From Candidatus Onthoplasma sp. (GTDB lineage Bacteria > Bacillota > Clostridia > Christensenellales > UBA1242): a DNA stretch of 64,000 nucleotides. Below, in pieces: positions 1 to 8,492 of this stretch (within the stretch, counting starts at the first letter, position 1; every line of letters starts with the position of its first letter). Location of the stretch: assembly GCA_045578345.1 (NCBI GenBank), contig JAZNKB010000006.1, positions 102,911-166,910 on the forward strand, given 5' to 3'. The notes under the pieces were generated by a model, which was not told the DNA's origin, did no database searches, and worked only from the letters and a program-made list of their open reading frames with translations. A program made the position numbers and the translations under genes.

Positions 1-57
1 TGTTTCGACATTAAGTTGAAATTTATTTGATTTTTTATAAAAAATTTAAAATCGCTA

Positions 58-86
58 TTGACAACTGCTAATAATTAAGTTAAATT
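58..86 (+). promoter_or_regulatory. sigma-A-type promoter
   Basis: TTGACA 58-63, 17-nt spacer, TAAATT 81-86, upstream of AAGGAG RBS and ATG 105. Confidence 0.5.
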
Positions 87-104
87 AAGTATAAGGAGTG
101 AATT

Positions 105-539
105 ATGAGTAAGAATATAAAAGAAATCACAACAAAAGACGAATTTACAACTATTTTATCAGTTGCAATGCTTGACTTGGAAGAATATGTGGAAATTTTA
201 AACACTTTTGATGAAAAGATGCAACAACCCAAGATAATGCTTAATTTAATGATGAAAACAGCAAATTATGATGAAGCAAGTCGTAGTGTTGTTAACCAAT
301 GTTTTGATGAATTTAATGCTTTAAAAAAATGTATTGCAAAAATTGAAACAAAAAGAGACAAAATTAAAGCTCAAATAACTTTTGCTTATTTTAAAAAGTT
401 TTATCTTGATTCACATGATTTTAATGTGAAAGTAATTGAATTGAACGACTTAATTAACAAATATAAGGAAAAAGTTAACGAACAAATCATCAAATGCATT
501 GACTATTTTAATGATCATGACGTTAAAATAACATTATAA
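105..539 (+). CDS. hypothetical protein (144 aa, Lys/Glu-rich, helical-looking)
   Basis: ORF with AAGGAG RBS; no family recognised. Confidence 0.5.
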   Translation: MSKNIKEITTKDEFTTILSVAMLDLEEYVEILNTFDEKMQQPKIMLNLMMKTANYDEASRSVVNQCFDEFNALKKCIAKIETKRDKIKAQITFAYFKKFYLDSHDFNVKVIELNDLINKYKEKVNEQIIKCIDYFNDHDVKITL

Positions 540-550
540 TTGGAGCAGGT

Positions 551-1318
551 ATGGATTTAAAAAATTATTTGCTGATCAATTCAAAATTGGATAAATTTTC
601 TTTTGGCGATTTTATCCGTCAAAGAAGAGAAGAACTTGGATTAACAATTCGCACAATAGTAAAACAACTTGAAATTTCACCTGCGTATTGGTGTGATATA
701 GAAAAGGGTTCTAGGTTAGCACCTTGTAAATTGTTAAATGAAATGGTTAAAATTTTGAAAATTGATGAAAGCGACAGAAATGATTTCATCGATTTAGCAT
801 ATTTGTCACATGAAACTTGTGCTCCTGATTTAATTGAATATCTTATAGCAAACAAAAGTGCCAGAATTGCCCTAAGGGAAGAAATTAATGGTAATAAGCC
901 AAAAATTTCCAAAATATCAATGTCTAGTAGCGGTAATTTTAATCCAAACAATTTAACTTTTGGAAAATATGTTAGAGCAAGAAGAGAAGAATTAGGAATT
1001 AGTTTGCGTGAGTTATCGAAAAATATTGGAGTCTCAGCAGCTTATTTTCACGAAGTTGAAATTGGAGAAAAACATGCGACAATCAAATATTTACACAAAT
1101 TGGAGCAATATTTAGAAATTCCGGAAGAACATAAAAGGGATTTTGAAGATTTGGCATTTTTGGATTATGGTGATTGTGCTCAATACATAACCAACTATAT
1201 GCTTGAAAGCAGAGAAGCAAGGCTTGCAGTTCGTTATTTAATTGAAAATAATATATCAGGCGAACAATTATTCAATCTTGTTCAAAATAGAAAGGAGAGA
1301 ACTTATGACATTAACTGA
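551..1318 (+). CDS. tandem double XRE-family HTH protein
   Basis: Two HTH modules (FGDFIRQRREELGLTIRTIVKQLEISPAYWCDIEKG and FGKYVRARREELGISLRELSKNIGVSAAYFHEVEIG). Each is followed by a similar ~60-aa helical tail (DFIDLAYL.. / DFEDLAFL..). Confidence 0.75.
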   Translation: MDLKNYLLINSKLDKFSFGDFIRQRREELGLTIRTIVKQLEISPAYWCDIEKGSRLAPCKLLNEMVKILKIDESDRNDFIDLAYLSHETCAPDLIEYLIANKSARIALREEINGNKPKISKISMSSSGNFNPNNLTFGKYVRARREELGISLRELSKNIGVSAAYFHEVEIGEKHATIKYLHKLEQYLEIPEEHKRDFEDLAFLDYGDCAQYITNYMLESREARLAVRYLIENNISGEQLFNLVQNRKERTYDIN

Positions 1319-1707
1319 GTATTTAGAAAATTATCCAGCAACAAGCAAGTCATGCTTTTGGCAATTTTATTAAACACAAAAGAGAAGAAATGGGATTCTC
1401 TTGTCGTGGATTTGCTATAGAATTGGGTATTTCAGCGGTTTATTTAAGTGATATTGAAAACAATCATAGACCGGCCCAAAAACCTTATGAAAAAATTTAT
1501 GGAAAAACTTGGTGTTAAGAAGATGAAAAAGAAGCATTTAATGATTTGGTGAATTTAAAACGTGAAACTGTAGAACCAGAAATCATTCAATTTCTCATTG
1601 CAAATCCTGAAGCAAGAAAATCAATAAGACTTGCAATAAACAAGAACATATCTGGCAAAGAACTTCTAGTAATGGTGGAAGATCATGATGAAAACATGTC
1701 AATTTAA
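1305..1707 (+). pseudogene. frameshifted third copy of the XRE-HTH module
   Basis: Pieces in three frames match the upstream modules: FGNFIKHKREEMGFSCRGFAIELGISAVYLSDIENNHRP, then KNLMKKFMEKLGVK, then DEKEAFNDLVNLKRETVEPEIIQFLIANPEARKSIRLAINKNISGKELLVMVE. No intact ORF of 60 aa or more. Confidence 0.6.
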
Positions 1708-1721
1708 TTAATTAAATATGT

Positions 1722-1750
1722 TTGACAAAATTTTTAATTGGTGATAAATT
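1722..1750 (+). promoter_or_regulatory. sigma-A-type promoter (extended -10)
   Basis: TTGACA 1722-1727, 17 nt, TGa-TAAATT 1745-1750. Confidence 0.5.
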
Positions 1751-1779
1751 AAGGACAAATTAAAATCAAGGAGTAGCTA

Positions 1780-2973
1780 ATGAATAAGGAAAAGATTTAT
1801 TTAGATAACGCAGCAACAACAAACCTTAGCGCAGAGGTACTTAATGCAATGTTGCCTGTGATGACCAGCAACTTTGGAAATCCTTCATCAAGTCATTCAT
1901 ATGGTAGAGAAGCTTCAAATCTTGTTGAACAGGCAAGAGAAACAATAGCAGAATCAATAAATGCAAAATCAAATGAAATCTATTTCACAAGCAGTGGATG
2001 TGAAGCAAACAGTTGGGCATTAATAGGAATTGCAAATGCAAACAGAACAAAGGGTAATCATATTATTGTCAGTGCAATTGAACATTCTTCAGTTCTTGAA
2101 GCTTGTAAATCTTTGGAAAAAGAAGGTTTTGATGTAACTTATCTTGGTGTTGACAAACATGGTTTTATCAATTTTGCAGACTTGTTAAGAGCAATTAAGT
2201 CAAACACAATTTTGATTTCAATCATCGCGGCAAATAACGAGATTGGAACAATTCAAAACATTAAAGCAATCTCTCAAACGGCACATGAAAAGGGAATTGC
2301 TTTCCACACTGATGCAGTTCAACTTTATGGTAACATGGATCTTGACGTTGTAGATCTTGGCATTGATGCAATGACAATTTCAGCACATAAGATTTATGGA
2401 CCAAAAGGTGTTGGAGCATTGTATGTTTCAAACAAAATAAAAATTGACCCAATTGTGTTTGGTGGAAGTCAGGAAAGGCATAAACGTGGTGGAACATTAA
2501 ACACTGCCGGTCTTGTTGGCTTTGGAAAGGCTGTTGAAGTTGCAATGAGAGATATGAGAACAAACAATCACAAAATTCGTTCTCTTAGCGAGTATTTTGT
2601 GTCTAAATTAAGTGACAGTGTTGAAAATATCATATTTAATGCAAACACAAGGCAAAAACTCCCGCACATTATATCAGTTATGTTCGTTGGTGTTGATGGC
2701 GAAAGTTTGTTAACCAAACTTGATATGAATGGCATTGCTGTGTCAACAGTGTGTGCTTGTTCAATTGATAGTATGCCAGTATCTCATGTCTTGAAAGCAA
2801 TTGGAATGAACAATGATGATGCAAAATGTACAATTCGCTTCAGTCTTGGAAAAAATAATTCATATGAAGAGATTGATAAGGCGGTTGCAATCATTGCTCG
2901 TTCGGTCGAAGAATTGCGTGCATTCTCATCAACTTATGGAATGAAAACAAGAAAGAGAAAGGGGGATAAATAA
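1780..2973 (+). CDS. nifS: cysteine desulfurase, NifS/IscS family
   Basis: IYLDNAATT start, PLP-lysine region ISAHKIYGPKG, class V aminotransferase layout. Confidence 0.9.
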   Translation: MNKEKIYLDNAATTNLSAEVLNAMLPVMTSNFGNPSSSHSYGREASNLVEQARETIAESINAKSNEIYFTSSGCEANSWALIGIANANRTKGNHIIVSAIEHSSVLEACKSLEKEGFDVTYLGVDKHGFINFADLLRAIKSNTILISIIAANNEIGTIQNIKAISQTAHEKGIAFHTDAVQLYGNMDLDVVDLGIDAMTISAHKIYGPKGVGALYVSNKIKIDPIVFGGSQERHKRGGTLNTAGLVGFGKAVEVAMRDMRTNNHKIRSLSEYFVSKLSDSVENIIFNANTRQKLPHIISVMFVGVDGESLLTKLDMNGIAVSTVCACSIDSMPVSHVLKAIGMNNDDAKCTIRFSLGKNNSYEEIDKAVAIIARSVEELRAFSSTYGMKTRKRKGDK

Positions 2974-2975
2974 GA

Positions 2976-3482
2976 ATGTATTACAGCAAAACAGTTTTAA
3001 ACTTATTTAATAACCCTAAAAATATCGGAAGAATTTCAAAACCAGATGGAATTGCAGATTGCTACAATGAAGATAACACTGCACACGTTGAATTTTCATT
3101 CAGAATTGAAAGTGGAGTTATCACAAATTGTCAATTTAGAGCGCAAGCAAACCCATATGTTGTGGCTGTATGCTCAACAATAACTCAAATGTTGAAAGGA
3201 AAGATGGCATCAATGCTTTTCTTAGATCCATATTCTATCAAGAAAGAATTAGGTGATGAAAGCGCATATGATATTGGTTTCTGCATTGATTGCGTTAAAA
3301 TGGCAATTGATGACTATAAAGAGAGACTTGAAAAAGAAAACAAACAAAAAAAGAATGACACACAAGAAATAGTTGAAGAAGAAATTATTGTTGAATCTGT
3401 TGAGAAACCTGAAGAAGAACAACCAACAGATCCAGATGACGATTTTGCTGATTTCTTTGATGATATATTTGAAGAAGAGTAA
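2976..3482 (+). CDS. NifU/IscU-like protein, divergent, with acidic C-terminal tail
   Basis: Directly follows nifS. N-terminus is NifU-like (FNNPKNIGRI), but cysteines are not in the canonical CGD/GCG/HC contexts. Tail is EEEIIVESVEKPEEEQPTDPDDDFADFFDDIFEEE. Confidence 0.6.
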   Translation: MYYSKTVLNLFNNPKNIGRISKPDGIADCYNEDNTAHVEFSFRIESGVITNCQFRAQANPYVVAVCSTITQMLKGKMASMLFLDPYSIKKELGDESAYDIGFCIDCVKMAIDDYKERLEKENKQKKNDTQEIVEEEIIVESVEKPEEEQPTDPDDDFADFFDDIFEEE

Positions 3483-3498
3483 ATCTCTTCTTTTTTTT
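3474..3498 (+). terminator. rho-independent terminator
   Basis: GAAGAG/CTCTTC stem, loop TAAAT, T8 run. Confidence 0.7.
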
Positions 3499-3558
3499 AT
3501 TTATTTTACATATTTTGCAAGATTCAGCAGATAATACTACTAACTTAAAGGAGGAAAT

Positions 3559-3735
3559 GTGAAAGATTTACTAATTGGAATGGGACTTGGTTTCCTTGTG
3601 GGAGCTGTTGCTGTTAAAACCAATAAATGTCTGGCTGATAAAGTTGAAAAGGGAGTGGAAAAAGGAAAAGAAATTATTGAAGATATCAGCGATGAAATTA
3701 AGTCTCAAACAAAACAAAAAAAAGAAGAAGATTAA
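3559..3735 (+). CDS. small membrane protein (58 aa, YtxH-like layout), GTG start
   Basis: AAGGAGG RBS 6 nt before GTG. Product is VKDLLIGMGLGFLVGAVAVKTNK.. followed by a charged tail. A terminator follows immediately. Replaces the track ORF 3575-3811. Confidence 0.5.
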   Translation: MKDLLIGMGLGFLVGAVAVKTNKCLADKVEKGVEKGKEIIEDISDEIKSQTKQKKEED

Positions 3736-3740
3736 TTTAG

Positions 3741-3766
3741 GAATCTCGATGAGAGATTCTTTTTTT
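3741..3766 (+). terminator. rho-independent terminator
   Basis: GAATCTC/GAGATTC stem plus T7. Confidence 0.75.
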
Positions 3767-3807
3767 ATATTAACTTCAAATTTTGTTAAAAATATTAAAA
3801 ATGATCA

Positions 3808-3836
3808 TTGACAAATTGTCGATTATGGTATATTCT
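3808..3836 (+). promoter_or_regulatory. sigma-A-type promoter
   Basis: TTGACA 3808-3813, then TATATT/TATTCT at 3829-3836. Confidence 0.45.
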
Positions 3837-3855
3837 TAGCAAAAGGAAGGGTTTT

Positions 3856-4611
3856 ATGAAATTAAAAGAAGAAGATGTTACGTTGCCAATTTTTACGAAC
3901 GATAAAATTCTTCGTGAACATCGAAAACAAAAGTATATTGAAATTGGTAATTCTGTCTATCAAAATGCTCCAGATATAACAGAAAAAGAATATAAAGAGA
4001 TTTGCGATCGTTTTAAGCATGGTGATAAAACAGTTTTAACTCGATTGATAGAATTAACAATTAAACCAATGAATAATGTTTTGGCTGATATTTTTGCTCG
4101 TTATGACATAGAAGAAGTGATTCCATACGATGAAACATTGTCATATTGTTTGGAACGTTTGAACAAATATTTGTTAAACTATACAGAACTTCCAGATCAA
4201 TTCACATACTATGCAAGCAGTATGTTGAATTTTTATGCGATTAAATTTGTTAACAGAATGTATTCACACGCATATGTCGGACAGCAACTGGTGGAAACAA
4301 TGCCACAAAGTAGTGTAACATGGAAGAAAGATCAAATAGAATCATGTGAACTAGATACTATTGAATTAAACAGAGAAGATGTTAGAAGATTATTAATAAG
4401 AGTAGGACATAGATTATCGTCAAAACAAAAAGAAGCTATAGGTTTAAAATTCGGATTTAAAACAGGTGAAGAGGTCAGTTTCGGAGATATTGCACGTATA
4501 TATAATGTTTCAAGAAGCAGAGTTGCAGATCTCGTTAATTCTGGACTAGATCGTTTGAGAAGAAATGGTACAACATTAAGAAAATTGCTTGATAATAATT
4601 TGGAAGTTTAG
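3856..4611 (+). CDS. sigma-70 family RNA polymerase sigma factor, divergent region 2
   Basis: AAGGAAGG RBS before ATG 3856. Region 4.2-like HTH: SKQKEAIGLKFGFKTGEEVSFGDIARIYNVSRSRVADLVNSGLDRLRR. Confidence 0.6.
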   Translation: MKLKEEDVTLPIFTNDKILREHRKQKYIEIGNSVYQNAPDITEKEYKEICDRFKHGDKTVLTRLIELTIKPMNNVLADIFARYDIEEVIPYDETLSYCLERLNKYLLNYTELPDQFTYYASSMLNFYAIKFVNRMYSHAYVGQQLVETMPQSSVTWKKDQIESCELDTIELNREDVRRLLIRVGHRLSSKQKEAIGLKFGFKTGEEVSFGDIARIYNVSRSRVADLVNSGLDRLRRNGTTLRKLLDNNLEV

Positions 4612-4615
4612 AAAG

Positions 4616-4638
4616 ACTCAACAATGTTGAGTTTTTTT
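4616..4638 (+). terminator. rho-independent terminator
   Basis: ACTCAAC/GTTGAGT stem plus T7. Confidence 0.7.
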
Positions 4639-4659
4639 ATTTAATTTAACGAAAATAAT

Positions 4660-4687
4660 TTGATTTTTCATTTAAATGTGGTATCAT
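4660..4687 (+). promoter_or_regulatory. sigma-A promoter placing the TSS at the ruvX ATG (leaderless candidate)
   Basis: TTGATT 4660-4665, 16 nt, TGg-TATCAT 4682-4687, 6 nt, ATG 4694. No SD. Confidence 0.5.
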
Positions 4688-4693
4688 ATAAAT

Positions 4694-5104
4694 ATGAAAG
4701 CAATGGGAATTGATTTTGGGCTTGCTCGCATTGGCATAGCCCTCAGTGATGATACAAAGTTCTTGGCATCACCTTTTGAGACATATGGAAGAAAAGGCGA
4801 TGATCTTGATATTCAGCATTTAATTAATATCATAAAAACAAAGAATGTTGATGAAATTGTGTGTGGACTTCCAATGAACATGGCAGGAGAGGAACAAGAA
4901 ATTGCCAAAAAAACTCGTGAATTTATGGCAAAATTGGCCGAAAATGTTGATATTAAAATCGAGTTTGTTGACGAGCGTCTTTCATCACTTATGGCAGAAG
5001 AAATGTTAAAGGAAACGGAGCGCGATTGGAAGAAGAGAAAAGAAAAACTAGATGCGGTGGCGGCTTCAATCATATTGCAGGATTATCTTGATGTAGCTCG
5101 TTAG
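4694..5104 (+). CDS. ruvX: Holliday junction resolvase-like protein RuvX/YqgF
   Basis: MKAMGIDFGLARIGIALSD.. motif. Sits upstream of a DUF1292 gene as in Bacilli. Track ORF starts 18 nt earlier (4676). Confidence 0.85.
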   Translation: MKAMGIDFGLARIGIALSDDTKFLASPFETYGRKGDDLDIQHLINIIKTKNVDEIVCGLPMNMAGEEQEIAKKTREFMAKLAENVDIKIEFVDERLSSLMAEEMLKETERDWKKRKEKLDAVAASIILQDYLDVAR

Positions 5105-5499
5105 TTGCCACTCATTAAACGCGCTCATTTTGGCATACTTTGGCGCAAAGTAACCAAAATTCTCGCTAAGTCGTTCAGGCAAACAAACTTCGCTTTAAAT
5201 AAAATTTGGTGTAAGTCACAATCTAATCTTCAAACAATTAAACTTTGCATTACAAAAGAGAGTTTTATCTAAGTGTTGTTAGATTTGTCTTAATTCGTTG
5301 TTATCCTGAGCGTAGTCGAAGGATCTGTATAACAAAACCTTATGAATAATTGGCAAAAACTTCAACTTCACTGAGTTTCGTTTAGAATGACAGAATGGGA
5401 TAATGAATCAAAAAAGAAATACTTTAAGATTTATAACTTACTTAAATAGCTTGATTTTCACAAACTGTTTATGTTAAAATAAAGTTTAGGAGAATTAAA

Positions 5500-5829
5500 A
5501 TGGCAGATAAAAATAATAAATTAACAGCAAAAAATCCAATTGAACAAATTTTGGATGAAAAAAATATGGATAATATTATCCTTTATGATGCAGAAAACAA
5601 ACCAATTGAGTTTGAACAAGTGGCAGTGATTCCGCTTGAGAGAACAGGACTTCTTTATGCAATCATGATTCCAGTTACCCCAATGCAAGGTGTTGGAGAA
5701 GGTGAAGGTGTACTTTTTGTTATTGATGAACTCAAAGGCACAATCGACATTGAAAGAGACGACGCAACAATTGATGAGGTGCTAACAATCTACAAAACAC
5801 TTATCGGTGATGATGCAGGAAATAAATAA
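5500..5829 (+). CDS. DUF1292 family protein (YrzB-like)
   Basis: Typical DUF1292 pattern (ILYDAENKPIEFEQVAVIPLE..LYAIM); position after ruvX. Confidence 0.8.
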   Translation: MADKNNKLTAKNPIEQILDEKNMDNIILYDAENKPIEFEQVAVIPLERTGLLYAIMIPVTPMQGVGEGEGVLFVIDELKGTIDIERDDATIDEVLTIYKTLIGDDAGNK

Positions 5830-5847
5830 TTAACAAAGGAGAAAAAT

Positions 5848-6312
5848 ATGGCAGTTGAAAAAATTGATGAAGAAAAGCAAATTGCTCAGTGTAAAGCAAC
5901 TCTAATGAAAGAATTAAAGGCAGTTTATAAAGAATTGCAAAAAGATAAAGATTGGGAAAAATTTGGAAAACAAGTTAAAAACATCTATTTATCTTACACA
6001 ACATGTGACAATGAAGTGTATCACAAAGCAATGCGAGATGTTTTGGCTGGAGCAATAAGAGAAGAGTTGCCAGCAGATTTAATTGAAGGTAACTATGGTT
6101 TGAGAACGCAAGCTGGAATATGCGCTTGTGATGATATTAAAATGCTTCAAGATATGAAAGAAAGATATGGAATTCATGTCATGAAAAGACATATGGAATC
6201 ATTCAATGAATGTCAAGCATATGCACTTTTAATGACAATTGAAGAAAAGAAACAAGTTAGAAAAATGTATGACGATTTAGTTAAAACAATGGTTAACATA
6301 TCAAATGTTTAA
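5848..6312 (+). CDS. hypothetical protein (154 aa)
   Basis: AAGGAG RBS; no family recognised. Confidence 0.5.
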   Translation: MAVEKIDEEKQIAQCKATLMKELKAVYKELQKDKDWEKFGKQVKNIYLSYTTCDNEVYHKAMRDVLAGAIREELPADLIEGNYGLRTQAGICACDDIKMLQDMKERYGIHVMKRHMESFNECQAYALLMTIEEKKQVRKMYDDLVKTMVNISNV

Positions 6313-6313
6313 A

Positions 6314-6345
6314 ATAAAAAACAACTCATTTCGAGTTGTTTTTTC
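6314..6345. terminator. bidirectional rho-independent terminator
   Basis: A-run, ACAACTC/GAGTTGT stem, T-run, between convergent genes. Confidence 0.75.
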
Positions 6346-6348
6346 ATG

Positions 6349-6858
6349 TTAAAATTTAAATTCTTCTTTAAGTTGGTCATATTTATCAAAAGTTTCTTTA
6401 TTTGCCTCTAAATATGCTTGTTTTTCTTCTTCAATTTGTTTTCTTCTTTCTTTAATGTAATCACCAACATAAACCACCAAATGTTTATTTGCTTGATTTA
6501 AATTTGAAAGTAATTCTTGCATTGCCACGTCGTTAGTAATTAAAGAATCTGGAATATTATCTAAAAAGTCGGTTTCAAGGCTTTCTTCATTAAAACGTCT
6601 CATCCATCCATATCTTGAAGAGTTAACAATAAATGCAATGCCTTGAACGATATTATAATCTCTGAACTTATGTTCAAGTTCTTTGTATTTAGTCAAGGTT
6701 TTGAACAATCCTTTACTTGCAAACGCGTAGGTAAAGATAACATCTTCATTTGATTGTTCATTTGCATAATGCAAGTCTAAGTGACGCATTCCATGTGTTT
6801 CTCTTGATGTGTCATACAAATAAAATCCATATTTGTCAGCTTTGATTTTGTTTTTCAT
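6349..6858 (-). CDS. hypothetical protein (169 aa)
   Basis: AAGGAGAG RBS precedes ATG 6858 (MKNKIKADKYGFYLYD..). Track ORF start 6879 includes the RBS. Confidence 0.55.
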   Translation of the reverse strand: MKNKIKADKYGFYLYDTSRETHGMRHLDLHYANEQSNEDVIFTYAFASKGLFKTLTKYKELEHKFRDYNIVQGIAFIVNSSRYGWMRRFNEESLETDFLDNIPDSLITNDVAMQELLSNLNQANKHLVVYVGDYIKERRKQIEEEKQAYLEANKETFDKYDQLKEEFKF

Positions 6859-6868
6859 AATTCTCTCC

Positions 6869-7342
6869 TTATATGTCAAAATTATTGTTATAATTTTCGA
6901 TTAGTTTTTTATAATTACTTTTACTTGATTTGGGACTTCTTTCACTAACCACATAATTTGCGATCATAATTTGTTTTTCATTGTCTTTAATTGTTTCAAA
7001 AATTTCCATCATTTGTTCTTGGTTTGCAAAAACGCATAGTGGCAGACTTTCTAAAACGTTTTGTGTTAATTCAGGATATTTTTTTAATAATTTTTTAGCG
7101 CATTCAATTAATTCTAAGTGTTCAAATTCCATTTCTAAGTTAACTCTAAATGAAATTGTATTAAATTCTTTTTGTGAAATAGGAATGGAAAACAACGCAA
7201 ACCTTTCTAAATTTTTTGTAGCATATTGTATACAAAACAACATATTATCATCAGGGCTATTGTCATCAGGCCAATATTCTATTTTTCTAAATTTAAATTC
7301 TTGATGTTTATACAAATCGCTTTCACTATTAAGATTAAGCAT
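6869..7342 (-). CDS. hypothetical protein (157 aa)
   Basis: AAGGAGA RBS. Its stop overlaps the RBS of the downstream ORF, making a two-gene operon divergent from rpsB. Confidence 0.55.
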   Translation of the reverse strand: MLNLNSESDLYKHQEFKFRKIEYWPDDNSPDDNMLFCIQYATKNLERFALFSIPISQKEFNTISFRVNLEMEFEHLELIECAKKLLKKYPELTQNVLESLPLCVFANQEQMMEIFETIKDNEKQIMIANYVVSERSPKSSKSNYKKLIENYNNNFDI

Positions 7343-7438
7343 TTAAAATCTCCTTGCAATAACTTTATTGTAATATATCACGATTTTGCTTGTTTGTCAA
7401 CAACTATTATGTTAAGCTAAGAAACTTGACAAAAGTGG

Positions 7439-7467
7439 TTGACATTTAGTTTTTAATATGTTATATT
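7439..7467 (+). promoter_or_regulatory. rpsB promoter (extended -10)
   Basis: TTGACA 7439-7444, 17 nt, TGt-TATATT 7462-7467. Leaves a ~155-nt leader. Confidence 0.6.
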
Positions 7468-7628
7468 ATATACGTTCAATGAATAAGCACCTATTATGAT
7501 TGCTTGTCTGTTGCCGAACGTGGGATTGCAAAATTAAGATAAGTCGAACAATGTCTTGTTGTAATTTAGCGTTTTGGTTCATAGCAAATTGATTAATAGG
7601 GAAGACGTAAACAGGAGGAAAAATAAAT

Positions 7629-8468
7629 ATGTCAGTAATTTCAATGAAACAATTATTGGAAGCCGGATGTCACTTCGGTCATCCAACTAGGAAATGGAAT
7701 CCTAAAATGAAGAAGTATATCTTCACAGCAAGAAATGATATTCATATCTTGAACCTTGAAGACACTTCAAAACAAATCGATGAAGCTTATGTTTTCATCA
7801 AAGAAAAAGTGCTTGCAGGTGCTAACGTTCTTTACGTTGGAACTAAGAAAGGCGAAATCGTTAAACAAGAAGCTGAAAGAGCAAATATGTTCTATGTAAG
7901 TTCTCGTTGGTTGGGTGGAACACTCACTAACTTCTCAACAATCAGAAAGAGAATTGACAGAATGAACAAACTTAACCAAATGGAAACATTGGGTGACTTT
8001 GATCTTCTTCCAAAGAAAGAAGTTATCAAATTAAAACAAGAAAGAGATAAACTTGCTGCTAACTTAAGCGGTATTAAGGATATGACATCTCTTCCAGGTC
8101 TTATGATTATCGTAGACCCATCAACAGAACACATTGCAATTCAAGAAGCAAAACGTCTTGGCATCCCAACAGTTGGTATTGTTGACACAAACAGCAATCC
8201 AGATGATGTTGATGTTTGCATTCCAGCAAATGATGATGCAAGCGGTTCAGTTAAACTTATTTTAAGTGCTTTAACAGATGCAATCTTGGAAGCTAAAGGT
8301 GGAGTTGTTCTTCACGATTTAACAGCAAGTGATGAAGAAGTTTCTATGGAAGCTATGGTAACTGGTGATGTTGTAAAAGAAGAAGCTCAAAAAGCTGAAA
8401 AGAAAGTTTCTAAAAAACGTGCTCCAGCTAAAAAAGAAAAAGCTGAAGAAACTCAAGAAAACGCATAA
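7629..8468 (+). CDS. rpsB: 30S ribosomal protein S2
   Basis: MKQLLEAGCHFGHPTRKWNPKM signature; Lys/Glu-rich C-terminal extension. Confidence 0.97.
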   Translation: MSVISMKQLLEAGCHFGHPTRKWNPKMKKYIFTARNDIHILNLEDTSKQIDEAYVFIKEKVLAGANVLYVGTKKGEIVKQEAERANMFYVSSRWLGGTLTNFSTIRKRIDRMNKLNQMETLGDFDLLPKKEVIKLKQERDKLAANLSGIKDMTSLPGLMIIVDPSTEHIAIQEAKRLGIPTVGIVDTNSNPDDVDVCIPANDDASGSVKLILSALTDAILEAKGGVVLHDLTASDEEVSMEAMVTGDVVKEEAQKAEKKVSKKRAPAKKEKAEETQENA

Positions 8469-8492
8469 TTTAAAAAGGGGAGGAAAAATTTT

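Noticed and set aside
3575-3811. 78-aa track ORF
   Set aside because: It has no RBS, runs through a clear terminator and promoter, and overlaps a better-supported GTG-start small gene (3559-3735) in another frame.
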